Positions 1-13,757 of a stretch of DNA of 64,000 bases are shown here, in pieces. The notes beneath the pieces are model-generated. The model worked only from the letters and a program-made list of their open reading frames with translations, did no database searches and was not told the origin of the DNA. The DNA is from Eledone cirrhosa (lineage: Eukaryota), in NCBI GenBank assembly GCA_964016885.1, contig OZ024753.1, positions 44,764,001 to 44,828,000 on the forward strand, in the 5' to 3' direction. The translations under genes were made by a program, and so were the position numbers. Position 1 is the first letter of the stretch. The number at the start of each line of letters is the position of its first letter.

Positions 1-59
1 ATATGCATAAGGAAAGTATATACTTTCAGACGTTCAATCATCTGGCAGGAAGGTATATA

Positions 60-96
60 TTGCTGACGATAGCTAATAAGCTTGAAACTAGTACAG
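60..96 (+). ncRNA. Minimal type I hammerhead ribozyme motif (Penelope-like/retrozyme type)
   Basis: TTG-CTGACGA(63-69)-T-AGCT aata AGCT (stem II)-T-GAAA(84-87)-CTA-GTA-CAG. Palindromic ACTAGT stem III, GUA cleavage triplet, only a 3-bp stem I. Confidence 0.6.
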
Positions 97-469
97 CGTT
101 CCTTTGTCAGTGTTGAACAAATGAGCAACGATGGTTGCTAGACACTGTATGGCTTAATTCGGGATGTTTGTTTACAAACACACCGAGCATTATAATAAAT
201 GTTCGGTGAATCCATACGTACATATATATATGTGTGCATGTATGTATATATATATACATACTACTGTACGTCAATATACATATATGTATGTACGTATACA
301 TACTTATATTTAAGTAACAGCCGTACTAAGAGTGAGAAATGAAATTTTGTTTAATTTTTTCTGTTTATATATATATATATATATATATATGTATAGCTGA
401 GACAACACAAGATCAAAGTAAACTAAGTGAACTTGATACACAGACTTTTGAAACTGAGAATCAAGTTGA

Positions 470-800
470 TACTTTGAACCAATCAAAGTTTGACACATGG
501 ATGAATTTTGAAACGACTTTTTCAAACAGATTCTCTGTGCTTGTTGATTATATTCTGGGAACTTAGGAATAGTGGGAAGAAGTGAAGACTGGCATGAGGG
601 AAAGCCAGGAAAAAAGGTGCTGGGTTACCAAAAGAGGCTTGAAGGAAGTCTCGATATCAAATTGGGTATGGAACTTGACTGAGGAAAGGAAGCTCTGACA
701 GAGAAAATGTCAAATTAAATCAGAAACTCCAAATATGGTTTACCAATATATATTGTGAAGAATCAGAATGATGAAATGAAACAGTGCACAGAAAAATAAA
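470..800 (+). mobile_element. Highly degraded LINE ORF2 fragment (endonuclease-RT linker)
   Basis: Broken-frame translation FSNRFSVL...WEEVKTGMRE...KVLGYQKR...ISNWVWNLTEERK matches the typical NRFxxL...W...LG...WIS...ERK linker of RTE/L2-type ORF2; contains stops and frameshifts. Confidence 0.5.
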
Positions 801-1690
801 TATGGAAGGCTTATATATATATACGAAGATGATGATGATGATATATAGGAATATGTGTGTATGTGTGTGTATAAGTTGTTATAATTAGGTAGATATATTT
901 ACTTGTATGTGTGTAAACGTGCGTTTGTGTGTATTTGCATATATACATATATAATTCATATTCTATGGTTCATGTTGCAGAAATAAATATATTTTTGTAG
1001 TAACAAATAATATATATATATATATATATATATAATTGTGTGTGCATCTATCTATATATATATAGAGAGAGAGAGATAGACAGACAAATAGATAGATAGA
1101 TTTAATTTCCTAACTTTTGAGATAAGGTACAAAATAAAATTACCTTACTAAAGCAAGGATAGTTACTAATTTAGTATTTTATTGAGTGGAAAAAAAGAAA
1201 GTGATTCTATATGAGATCTATACAAATGTATTTAGCTGTTGATCTCAATGGAAAAAATAACACCTGTTTTTTGGTATTCACTGAAATGTATTGCAATTTG
1301 CAAAATCGATAGGCAAGCCATTTGAAAGCAAAACATCGAGGTTACAATTTAATGCAGGTGTTACAGTGTGGTGCTGATGAATTTCCAAGAAACCATTTAT
1401 TCTATGTTATTACTGAAGCTTTTCGGATTCCCAAATTGTTGTTGTTGTCCTTCTTCCTGTCCTTTTTTTTGGCTGATTCCTCGTCATTCACTGCCACTCC
1501 TCTAGTTTACCATTCATATAGAATTTTGGTTTTTGTTGTTGTTGGTTTTTGTTGTTTTGGGGTTTTTTGGGAGAATAACTTATATATCAATCTAGTTATC
1601 TTTCTATCTATCTGTCTGTTTGTTTGTTTGTCTATCTATATATATATCTATGTATATATGTCTATCTATATATATCTATGTATATATCTA

Positions 1691-2530
1691 TGGCCATGTT
1701 CGATATGCAGAAAAGGAACTGGCATAAATTCTATAAAATGCACACAATGCAGATCCTGGGTACACAAGAGATGTAGCGGGATAGCAAGCAAACTAACAGG
1801 TAGGGAGAAATATGTATGCAGTAGATGTACAGGGAAATTAGACAGTAGAAGTCGCATTGATAGACACATTTTTCAAATGCAGGAGGGCGCTATAGAAGTG
1901 GTGGATAGCTTCCGGTACCTAGGAGATCAGATTAGCATGGGAGGAGGGTGTTCCGAGGCCATAGTATCTAGAATAAGGATGGGTTGGAAGAAGTTTAGGG
2001 AGCTGCTTCCTCTGTTGACGAAGAAGGGGTTCTCCCTGCGTACGAAAGGCCGGTTGTATGATGCCTGTGTGAGGAGCGCGATGTTGCATGGTAGTGAGAC
2101 ATGGGCAGCAACTGCAGAGGATATGCGACGGCTGAAGAGAAATGAGACAAGCATGCTCCGTTGGATGTGCAGTGTAAATGTGCGTGAACGACCCAGCATA
2201 AATGTGTTGAGAGAGAAACTGTGTCTGAGAGGGATAGAATGTAGTGTACGAGAGAGGAGACTGAGGTGGTATGGACATGTGATGCGCATGGAGGATGACC
2301 GATGGGTGAAGAAGTGCCAGGAATTGCCAGTTGAAGGAAGACGTGATAGAGGTAGACCACGAAAAACATGGGCGGAGGTGGTGAGAACAGACCTCAGATC
2401 ATTGAAGCTCACGGTGGAGATGACGAAGGACCGTGACGAGTGGAGAGATACTGTGCTGAATAAGACCCATCCCACCCTTGCAAGCAGGGAAAAGCGGACG
2501 TAAAATGATGATGATGATGATGATGATGAT
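1691..2530 (+). mobile_element. 5'-truncated RTE-clade LINE (Cys/His finger, RT C-terminus, (GAT)n tail)
   Basis: WPCSIC...CTQCRSWVHKRC...CSRC, then EVVDSFRYLGD, LYDACVRSAMLHGSETW, RLRWYGHVMR, GRPRKTW; stop at 2503 followed by (GAT)n. The N-terminal part of ORF 1322-2503 is flanking DNA, not element. Confidence 0.92.
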
Positions 2531-2539
2531 ATCTATCTA

Positions 2540-2888
2540 TCTATATAGATGGGTGAGATATATAAATATGTATGTATATGTATGTGTGTATATATGAATG
2601 TATGTGTACATATTTGTGTATGTATATAAATATCTATATACGTATGTGTGTATATATTTGTGTATGTGTGTATATATAAATGTATATATATATGAATGTA
2701 TGTGTATATATGTGTGTATATATATATATATGTGTGTGTATATGTATATATATATGAATGTATGTGTATATATATATGTATATATGTGTGTATATGTATA
2801 TATATATGAATGTATGTGTATATATGTGTGTATATGTATATATATATATATATGTATATATGTGTGTATATGTATATATATATGAATG

Positions 2889-2943
<55 letters not shown>

Positions 2944-3340
2944 TATATATGTGTGTATATGTATATATATATATATGAATGTATGTGTATATATGTGTGT
3001 ATATGTATATATATATATATGTATATGTGTGTATATGTATATATATATGAATGTATATGTATATATATATATATATGAATGTATATGTATATATATATAT
3101 ATGAATGTATGTGTATATATATATATGTGTATATATGTGTGTATATGTATGTATATATATATATATGTATATATGTGTGTATATGTATATATGTGTGTAT
3201 ATGTATATATATATGTATATATATATGAATGTATGTGTATATATATATATGTATGTGTGTATATATGTGTGTATATGTATATATATATATGAATGTATGT
3301 GTATAAATATATATATATATATGTATGTGTGTATATATGA
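2540..3340. repeat. (TA)n/(TG)n compound microsatellite
   Basis: Visible dinucleotide repeats. Similar large tracts at about 9190-9840, 11000-12080, 12460-13290, 18250-19080, 39600-40285, 59180-59670 and 62540-63380. Confidence 0.95.
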
Positions 3341-3607
3341 GCTGTCTCTTCTTTCTGGTGTTATCTTGATTACTCTATCTTGTCTGTCTGTGTACAGAGG
3401 GATGCTGCAGAAAGATAACATCATATAGGTGAGAGATCCCGTGGTATAGGAGAGAGAGGATGGAGGGACACTGGTGAGACATAACCAAAACTGCAGGACA
3501 TAAACAAATATATAACATACGGAAATTAGCAGCACTAGGTACTGTGTATACACTAGATACAGAGTATCCCGGGATGTTCAAATCCATACAACATAGAGGG
3601 AATAAGG

Positions 3608-3786
3608 GTTTCTACTTTTGGCACAAGGCCAGCAAATACCCCAGTGCATTACTGGTACTTTATTTTATCGACCCCGTAAGGATGAAAGGCAAAGTCAACC
3701 TCGGTGGGATTTGAACTCAGATCGTAAAGGGACGAAACTATGCTGGAAAGCATGGCGTCCGACCCTCTACCGATACTGGCAATCCA
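3608..3786 (-). mobile_element. tRNA-derived SINE (family A)
   Basis: Reverse complement of the 29500 and 33295 copies: A-box TGCCAGTATCGG, B-box GAGTTCAAATCC, central GCCTTTCATCCTTACGGGGTCGATAAAAT, tail GTAGAAAC. Confidence 0.85.
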
Positions 3787-4264
3787 CAAGGGTCGTAACT
3801 TTATGTTGTAAAGCATGTTGTCAGACGCTCTACCAATTACTGCCAATCCCAAGCCCAACACAGAGGAAATAATACTACTAGGTACTGTACATATATTACA
3901 TAGAATACTCCAAATATATATATACAGCTTATGGAAAATAGCATTACTAGTACATAGAGTGCCCCACATCAATACAGTATACTGAGAATAGTAGAACTTG
4001 GTACTGCATATGTATTCTGAAGATTGCTTTAAATACTGTAAAAACACCACCACCAAAAATATCACTGCACATAGCCAAGGTGCATAAAGCCGTGCTCAGT
4101 AATGCAGTGACAAAATGGAATGAAAATTAAAATAAGATTAATGATAGCAATAAGTATTATCATCATCATCATCGAGTTATTTTAGATAAATATTGACATA
4201 TTCAAAACCTTTATTATTTTAGTAATCAATAAAATGTTGATGTTTTTAGCAACCTGTTTCTCTT

Positions 4265-4555
4265 CCCTTTCTCTCTCTCCATATTTTTTCCTCCTCCTCT
4301 TCTTCCCCACCTCTCCCTATCTCTCACCTTCTCTCTCTTTCTCTCTCTCCATATTTTTTCCTCCTCCTCTTCTTCCCCACCTCTCCCTATCTCTCACCTT
4401 CTCTCTTTCTCTCTCTCCATATTTTTTCCTCCTCCTCTTCTTCCCCACCTCTCCCTATCTCTCACCTTCTCTCTCTTTCTCTCTCTCCATATTTTTTCCT
4501 CCTCCTCTTCTTCCCCACCTCTCCCTATCTCTCACCTTCTCTCTCTCTCTCCATA
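4265..4555. repeat. Pyrimidine-rich minisatellite, about 70 bp x4
   Basis: Recurrent CCATATTTTTTCCTCCTCCTCTTCTTCCCCACCTCTCCCTATCTCTCACC. Confidence 0.85.
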
Positions 4556-5391
4556 TTATTTTCTTTCTTCTAAAAAAAACCCCCAAAACAAGTGATGTTT
4601 TCAACACATACAACATACAATTTACTCCATGTCACAACAACTACAACATGCCACAACTAACTACATACTATACAACACACATTCTACTGAACAACTGTTT
4701 GAGTAGATCCCTCCAAGCTTTTAGGTCTCCCAACCATAGAAAGGTTGCGTTTTTTTTTTTTTTGTTTTTATGAAATGTTTTAGAGGGTGTTGTTGGGGCA
4801 AGGGAAGCAGGGAGCTTTTATTCTTATTTGGCTTTACTTTTGTTGAATTCAAATGCATTCAAATCTATGCAGAAACTAGAAGTGCAAAGAATATATATAT
4901 ATAAAAAAAATAAGCATAATGCATTTTGTAAACTAGAAACCATCTAATAAATAAGTAGCAATTTCCCTCACACAGCGTTTTATAAGATCGATATATGATG
5001 TTAACAAAAATTTCATTGATTTTTCTATTATTCATGATCAAAGCATGCAAGGTGATGGTTTTCATTTCCTATATTGTGCAGGGGAAGGTAATCTGCATAC
5101 TTTAATCTATTGTCATTAAATATGGCATGGCTTTTTTGTTGGTTGTTGGTTAGTTATTCATATTTTTTGGTGGGGTAAGGGGTGTATTTTTTTAGGGTAA
5201 GTGCCAGAGAAGGAGGATGTATTTGAAGGTGTAAGTATATTATCACTCCTATCTACATAGTTTGGAACTATTCGGTGAACAACCTCCATTTCAATCCCAA
5301 CTAACAAATTTCCTCTGTTTTTTTAGTTACATCTATAGAAAGAACAAAGCTAATATTATCTTAGATTCTACGATTATTGCTATTATTATTA

Positions 5392-5429
<38 letters not shown>

Positions 5430-5605
5430 TTTGTTATTATTCTTTCTTTATATCAAATGAGATCATAAAATTTCGTTAAATGCTTTGATAGTGAACTACA
5501 AGTTGCTGTAGTTTTAAGTATCATGTGTCTTTTATTTTTCTTGAAGTTCATCACCCTCAGAATGAGTCTAGCCATTCTCACGAGGAAATGAGGCAATGAG
5601 GCATT

Positions 5606-5846
5606 CCTGGGTATTTATCACTCTAAGCTAGCTCTCCAATGTGTACCTGGGTATTTAGCACTCTAGGCTAACTCTACAATGTGTACCTGGGTATTTAGCA
5701 CCCTAGGCTAGCTCTACAATGTGTACTAGGGTATTTAGCACCATAGGCTAGCTCTATTTTATTTACCTGGATATCTAACACTCTAGGCTAGCTCTACAAT
5801 AAGTACCAGGGTATCTAGCACTCTAGGTTAGCTCTACAATGTGTAC
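5606..5846. repeat. 40-bp minisatellite x6
   Basis: Unit CCTGGGTATTTAGCACTCTAGGCTAGCTCTACAATGTGTA starting at 5606, 5646, 5686 and so on. Confidence 0.9.
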
Positions 5847-6065
5847 CACCTTCTCCCAGTTGTGTGTCCCTTTTCTCATATAAAATAACTTCAACTTACA
5901 ATTAGGTAAGCTCCTGAACCTAATATTTGACACACTTGCTTTTACCACATTAAGAAAATTACTAAGCCTGCAGTTTTTACTTCACAGTCCACACAGGTCA
6001 TAAACACCATACAACCTTCTCCACTGCTTCAGATATTTCATTGATACTGCTACTTGGCAAATATC

Positions 6066-6294
6066 TTAACCCTTTAGCATTTAAACCAGCCATATCCGGC
6101 CAGAATTCTCTCACCTCTTTCTGCTCAAATCGGCTGTAACCTGCCACTCATACTGATGTTAAGGTAGTGTTCTCAAAATAAATAACATCAAAATCTCATA
6201 CATTCGATATTATGTGAGATAATTATGTAACATAAAGCCTTTACCACAAAAATACAATAGTATATATAAAGAAATGTAAATGCTAAAGGGTTAA
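6066..6294 (+). mobile_element. piggyBac-type MITE (family P1)
   Basis: TTAA|CCCTTTAGCATTTA ... TAAATGCTAAAGGG|TTAA; TTAA target duplication and CCC/GGG ends; at least 5 related copies in the window. Confidence 0.85.
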
Positions 6295-7771
6295 GCATTG
6301 TAATTACTAATTGTAGGAAATTGATGATACAAATTTGTATAAAACTGTGATACTTTAAGGTTCAGTAGTTCCCTGAGGTTTACACTTTAAACAGTTGCCT
6401 AGTTTGTATTAATGGGAGTTTCAGTGTTGAATGTCCAGCAAGCTAATCAACTTTTAGAGAACCATAAGCTAACAAAACACTCTTCAATTTATTACGGTTC
6501 CTACCGTTTTTGTAAGAATTTTAAGTAAAACGACAATAGAAGAAGTATTACAAATGGTTTAGATCCTATATACATCATTAATTCTAGCATAGTAGAGCAC
6601 TAGAAGCTATGAGAATATAAGAGCAAACATTTGGGATTTGATGTTGCTGCAATATTTTATCATAACTTTTCTGAGAGCTCATGCTTTTTACTGATATTGT
6701 TTGGTTCCATTCTAAATAGTAATAGACTTAATTTCCATAATGGATATTTTTATATTTTATAGCTGAAAAATTGAATCTCATATCCCTAAACAATATGTAA
6801 ATATATAAATATATGAGCACACACACTTATACATGTTTATATATGTATATGTATGTATATATATATATATATTTATGTATATATATATATATATACATGT
6901 ATGTATGTATGTATATATATATATAAACATTGCCCCTATCTACAAATTAGAAAGCTAAGTAGATAGATTCGTTGCTTTAATGAAATGTAGGCAATAAATA
7001 TTGTGAGGGAAACCTTTCTCTTCAGCCAATTATTCTATAAATTACAATACAAATGAGAATGATCATCATCATCATAGCTATCATATACTCTTATATTTTA
7101 ATTGCCAGAAGGACATAATGTAATGTCAAGAATATTATATTGCATGATTTTTACCTTACAATACAAAATAATACTTCACTCTGATTCCACAATACAATAC
7201 ACCCAGTACACTCTGTAAAGTGGTGGTGCTGGTGTCATGGTAAAATACACCCAGTACACTCTGTAAAGTGGTGGTGCTGGTGTCATGGAAAAATACACCC
7301 AGTACACTCTGTAAAGAGGTAGTGCTAGTGTCATGATGAAATCATCATCATCACCGCTTAGTGTCCATTTACCAGGCTTAGCATAGGTTGACGGGTTGTC
7401 CATGACATGAGACAAGTCTGGCCAGTTGGCCATGCTGTAGCTTGCTCAGATGGAACTGTAAATTTGGCTGGGATTTTTACAGCTGGATGCCCTTCCTAAC
7501 ACCAACCACATATATACATACATATATACATACATACATATTTATATATATATGTATATATATATATATATATAAAGAATTAATATATCTACCGACATAT
7601 GTATACAGATGCATACCTATGCTAGCAGATATATATGCCAAGAAGGCAGTGAATTTTTCAGTGGCTTGGAATCTAGCCCCGCTCGCTTTTTTCGCTTTTT
7701 TCCATCCACTGAATTATTGTTATATAAGTTTCCAGTGTCCCCGCATTGCCTGGTAACTTAGCTGAGAATAG

Positions 7772-7850
7772 ACTCCCTGATGACATAAGGCTTCTCTACA
7801 GTTATTACATAACTGTATTTATCCCCTTACAGAAACTAATTAGTTGGAGT
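7772..7850 (+). ncRNA. Type I hammerhead ribozyme motif in a TA-flanked Penelope-like fragment (about 7575-7900)
   Basis: Stem I ACTCC/GGAGT; CTGATGA 7777-7783; long stem II TAAGG..TACAGTTA ttaca TAACTGTA..CCTTA; GAAA 7832-7835; palindromic stem III AACTAATTAGTT; GUU triplet. Confidence 0.75.
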
Positions 7851-7893
7851 GAAATTTTAGTAAGTCAATTTTCATAACTTTCTTATTTACGTC

Positions 7894-7938
<45 letters not shown>

Positions 7939-7941
<3 letters not shown>

Positions 7942-8290
7942 AGGCACATGGCTTAGTGGTTAGAGCATTGGCCTTGCAATCGAAAGGTTGTGAGTTCAAT
8001 TCGCAGACTGGGTGATGTGTTGTTTCCTTGAGCAAGACGCTTTCTTTCACATTGCTCCAGTTTACTCAGCTGTAGAAATGAAATGATAGGGACTGGGGTC
8101 CATATCATTCCACTGCAAAGTGGTCATGGAGGTGCCACGGCAAAAAAGCACCCAGCACTCACTGTAAATGAGGTTGGTGTTAGGAAGAGCATCCAGCTGT
8201 AGAAATCAAGCCAGAATCAGTTCCCGTCCCACCCTTGCAAGCAGGGATAAGCGGACGTAAAATGAAATGATGAAATGATGATGATGATGT
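7939..8290 (+). mobile_element. tRNA-derived SINE (family B) with RTE-derived 3' tail
   Basis: A-box TGGCTTAGTGG, B-box GAGTTCAATT, CCTTGAGCAAGAC central domain; 3' end CCCACCCTTGCAAGCAGGGATAAGCGGACGTAAAATGA(TGA)n is nearly identical to the RTE end at 2470-2530. Confidence 0.85.
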
Positions 8291-8455
8291 AAAAGGTAAA
8301 CAGAAATAAAAACACATTCGGTATAGTATATGGAAGGGATATATTAGGTTAACGCTTGAAATAGCAGGAAGAGGGTCTTAACATTTCGAACGCTAGTCTT
8401 TCATCAGAAGAAAGAATGAGAAATAAGATAGATTGAGGAGACGGGTGGGTTGGAA
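8290..8455 (-). mobile_element. Penelope-like pLTR fragment with minimal hammerhead core (8376-8411)
   Basis: Minus strand TCTT-CTGATGA-AAGACTAGCGTTC-GAAA-TGTT-AAGA; close copy on + at 42533-42702 and a diverged copy at about 47025-47150. Confidence 0.65.
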
Positions 8456-8614
8456 TATATATATATAGATACTGGAATATATGTATGAATATGCTGATAT
8501 CTTTATATGTAACACATAATACAAGAAATGAGATATATCTTAACAGTCACTGTCTGGATGGAAAATTCTCTGGTGTGATATAATTAACACCAATTGATTA
8601 ACAGAGGTTAATTA

Positions 8615-9172
8615 AAATGATGATGATGATAGTAATGGTGAGAAGGTGGGGGGGTGATGCTAGTGACAATGATGATGATGATAGTGACATTGATTGATGA
8701 TGATGAAGGTGGTGGTAGAAATGATTATGCTGACGAGGAAAAAGATGGCAGTGATGGTAGAGATGATAATGGTGGTGGTGATGGTAGTGGTGATGGTGGT
8801 GATGGTGATGGTAGTGATGGTGGTAGTGATGGTGATGGTGATAGTGGTGGTGGTGATGGTGGGGTGATGGTGGTGATGGTGGTGGTGGTGGTGGTGACGG
8901 TGATGGTGGTGATGGTGGTGGTGATGGTGGTGATGGTGGTGGTGATGGTGGTGATGGTGATGGTAGTGATGGTGGTAGTGATGGTGATAGTGGTGGTGGT
9001 GATGGTGGGGTGGTGATGGTGGTGGTGGTGGTGATGGTGATGGTGGTGATGGTGGTGGTGATGGTGATGGTGGTGATGGTGGTGGTGATGGTGGTGATGG
9101 TGATGGTGGTGATGGTGGTGGAGGTGATAGAAATGATAGTGATGACAATGATGATGATGATAGTAATGGTGA
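8615..9172. repeat. (GAT/GGT)n trinucleotide microsatellite
   Basis: Visible; generates spurious poly-V/M/H/P ORFs. Similar tract at 20250-20530. Confidence 0.95.
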
Positions 9173-9229
9173 CTACACGTCCATCTAGAAACATATACAT
9201 ATATATATATATATTTATGTATGTATATG

Positions 9230-9264
<35 letters not shown>

Positions 9265-9587
9265 GTATGTATAAGTATGTATATATATATATGTATATAT
9301 ATTTATGTATGTATAAGTATGTTTATATATATATGTATATATATATTTATGTATGTATATGTATGTATATGTATGTATATATATATATATATTTATGTAT
9401 GTATATGTATATATATATATACATATATATATTTATGTATGTATAAGTATGTTTATATATATATGTATACATATTTATGTATGTATAAGTATGTATATAT
9501 ATATGTATATATATTTATGTATGTATGTATGTATATGTATGTATATATATATATGTATATATATTTATGTATGTATAAGTATGTATA

Positions 9588-9642
<55 letters not shown>

Positions 9643-9789
9643 GTATGTATAAGTATATATATATATATGTATATATATTTATGTATGTATAAGTATATAT
9701 ATATATATGTATATATATTTATGTATGTATATGTATGTATATATATATATGTATATATATTTATGTATGTATGTATATATCATCATCAT

Positions 9790-9842
<53 letters not shown>

Positions 9843-10204
9843 ATATAATATTTCTGTCAAGAATCTTCTAGTGGTTATTATCTCTACATCAGTCTCATTG
9901 CATTAGACGTAATCACCTACACTGACAACCACTATGTCGCTGATAATATTTGATGCAACACTTTATATCATACATATACATATATATGTGTACATATATA
10001 TATGTGTACATATATACATATATAGATATATATGTATATAGATAGACATATGTCTATGTCTGAATTTGTGTACATATATGCATATGTAGATATATATGTA
10101 TATGTATATATATGGATATATGTCTATGTCTGAATTTGTGTGTATACAAGTGTTTCTATGCATCCATATATGCACACCCTCAGACGTATACATAGGAAAA
10201 TATG

Positions 10205-10236
<32 letters not shown>

Positions 10237-10272
10237 CATGATATAACATTTGATGCAACATCATATCATGTG

Positions 10273-10321
<49 letters not shown>

Positions 10322-10636
10322 TAATATATATGAATATTAACATATGTATATGTCAGAGTGTGTGTGTATGTATGTGTATAAACAAGTGTTTCAATACAAT
10401 CTTATATATTGAAACACACACACAGACACACACACACACACACACACTAACATACACACACACACCTAGATATGTACGTAGAATGATAGGTAATATAAGA
10501 TGTGGCATGGAGACTTTCCTTCCTTCTATATACAAGTACAGATGAGCTATTTAATTCAATATATCTCACTAAAGGAAATTGAATAAAGTTAGAAAAGATG
10601 ATGCATATCTATCTATATATATATATATATATATAT

Positions 10637-10997
10637 CAGGGGTGATGGGTCCGTGCATGCAACGCATGCAGTGCATGCATTATAGAATCTTGAGTTGATC
10701 AATTGCGTCGGTTGAAGCAAGCAGAATTTTGGCTGCTTACTAAAACGTATAGCCACAAAACACACACACACACGCACACACAGACACACACACACACACA
10801 GATGGCAGCTTTGGGGCAAGCAGAATTTGGACTGCTTACTTAATCGTAGACACACACACACACACTAGATAACACTATATGCGGCTTTGACCAGGAGGGT
10901 CATTTAGAGGGAATGGGAGGGTAAGGCTGCACAGCCCCACTTTCCGCCATGGGGATTGGACTGCATGCCCTGCTTTCCAGGTTACCCTTCGCCACTG
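10637..10997. mobile_element. Probable hAT-type MITE
   Basis: Imperfect TIRs CAGGGGTGATGGGT ... ACCCTTCGCCACTG; internal duplicated AAGCAGAATTT..GCTGCTTACT unit; no clear TSD. Confidence 0.45.
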
Positions 10998-11515
10998 GTG
11001 TGTATATATATCTGCGTATGTGTGTGTGTCTGCATATATATGGGTGTGTGTATATATATGTGTATATATATGTGTATGTGTGTGTCTGTATATATATATG
11101 GGTGTGTGTGTATATATATATATGTGTGTGTGTATGTATCTATATCTGTTTATATGTGTGTATCTCTATGTTTGTATGTATGTGTATATATATGTGTGTG
11201 TATATGAGTATATACATATGTGTGTGTGTGTATATCTATATCTGTATATATATATATATATGTGTGTGTATCTATGTATTTATATGAGTGTGTATATATG
11301 TGTGTGTGTTTGTATTGTCAGTGTATGTATATATTTTCTGTGTATGTTTGTGTGTGTGTTTGCAAACATACTTTATATCCATATATACATGTGTATATAG
11401 ATATATGCATGTATATGTGTATCTATATACACATACTGTGTATGTGTATATAGATAAAATATGTATTTATTCATATCTAACGTATATGTGTATTGTGTAT
11501 GTGTGATTGCATTTG

Positions 11516-11593
<78 letters not shown>

Positions 11594-11618
11594 TATATAT
11601 ATACACATATATATATAT

Positions 11619-11707
<89 letters not shown>

Positions 11708-11752
11708 TATACACATATATATATATATATATATACACACACATATATATAT

Positions 11753-11827
<75 letters not shown>

Positions 11828-11868
11828 TATATATATATATACACACATACACATATATATATATATAT

Positions 11869-11907
<39 letters not shown>

Positions 11908-12224
11908 TATATATATACACACACATATATATATATATATATGCATACATATACACACACATATATATATATATATATATACACACACATATATATATAT
12001 ATACACACACATATATATATATATACACACACATATATATATATATATATGCATACATACATATATATATATATATATATTATAGTTTAGTGGTGAGTCT
12101 TGTTACGCTGGAGTTTTACCTGCATACTCAGAAGATCATCAAACAAAACTTACCTGGTCATCCTGTGAGATCACAGGTGAAACACCAGAGTGACAAGACT
12201 TATTACATGGCCATACTAAAGAAT

Positions 12225-12400
12225 ATTCGGTAGAGCATCAGACAACATGCTTTGCAGCAAAGAGTTACGGCCCTTTACGATCTGAGTTGAAATCCCGCCG
12301 ATGTCAACTTTGCCTTTCATCCTTACGGGGGTAGATAAAATAATGTACCAGTAATACACTGGGGTAATTGCTGGCCTTGTGCCAAAAGTAGAAACAATTA
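12225..12400 (+). mobile_element. SINE family A copy
   Basis: GGTAGAGC...GAGTTGAAATCC...GCCTTTCATCCTTACGGGG...GTAGAAACAATTATT. Further copies or fragments at about 38595-38800 (+), 43460-43560 (+), 52593-52712 (-) and 53410-53520 (-). Confidence 0.8.
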
Positions 12401-12478
12401 TTAAACTCTACATCACATCAGTATTGAGTACTCATTTTCCCAACTATCAACATCACACAAATATATGTATATATATAT

Positions 12479-12551
<73 letters not shown>

Positions 12552-13689
12552 TATACACACGCCTTACATATATACACACCACACATACATGCATATACAC
12601 ATATATACATACATATATATATACTACACACTACACACACAACACACACACACATGTATATATATACACACACGTATACACACCACACATACATGCATAT
12701 ACACACTACACACACACCACACACACACATATATATATATACACACACGCCTTACATATATACACACACCTATACACACCACACATACATATACATACAT
12801 ACACCTATATACATACATACAGCTATATATTACACACACCACACACACACCACACACACATATATATATATATACACACAAGCCTTACATACACCTATAC
12901 ACAGCACACATACATACATATATAAATATATACATATATACATATATACATACATACATACATATATACATACATACACCTATATACTTCACACTACACA
13001 CACACACCACACCACACACACATATATATATATACACACGCCTTACATACATACACACACCTAAACACACGACACATACATGCGTATATACATATATACA
13101 TATACACATATATGCATACATACACCTATATATTACACACTACACACCCCACACCACACATATATATATATATACATACACACGCCTTACATACACCCAC
13201 ACACACACCTATACACACCACACATACATGCGTATATACATATATACATACATACATACATACATATACATACATACATATATACGAGACATTCATACAT
13301 GTCTTCTTGGTTCCAATAAATAAGATTCAGTAAGAATATTTGTCTTCCATTTGACTAAATAAAAGCAATATTTCCTTTCAGCAGATATAGTTTCGTTTGT
13401 GTGAATAAGTAGGAATCTATGTAATGCTCGTGATAAGTGGACGTGTCATATTGTCGAAATCAATTTGAGAAATTATGAGTTTCCACCTAGCGAAGATGAC
13501 TGCGTCAAAAGAAGAAGCAGAAATTCTCTTGTTTCGAGTAGCATTTTCAGTAGATAACTTTCCTGGCTTTATTTAGCGTGTTGCTTATTATCAACATTTT
13601 CATAATAATCAATTGAATTGTGCATGTATAATTGTTTATGCCGTTGGCAATGTAGCATATAGCTTTGTCTGTGTGTGAGACATATATAT

Positions 13690-13757
<68 letters not shown>

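Noticed and set aside
339-566. 75-aa ORF as a host exon
   Set aside because: Begins in a TA tract, and its 3' half continues through stops into LINE ORF2-like sequence.
7939-8010. Possible tRNA genes at SINE heads (also 29500, 33295)
   Set aside because: A and B boxes are present but there is no complete cloverleaf, and each continues into a repeated SINE body.
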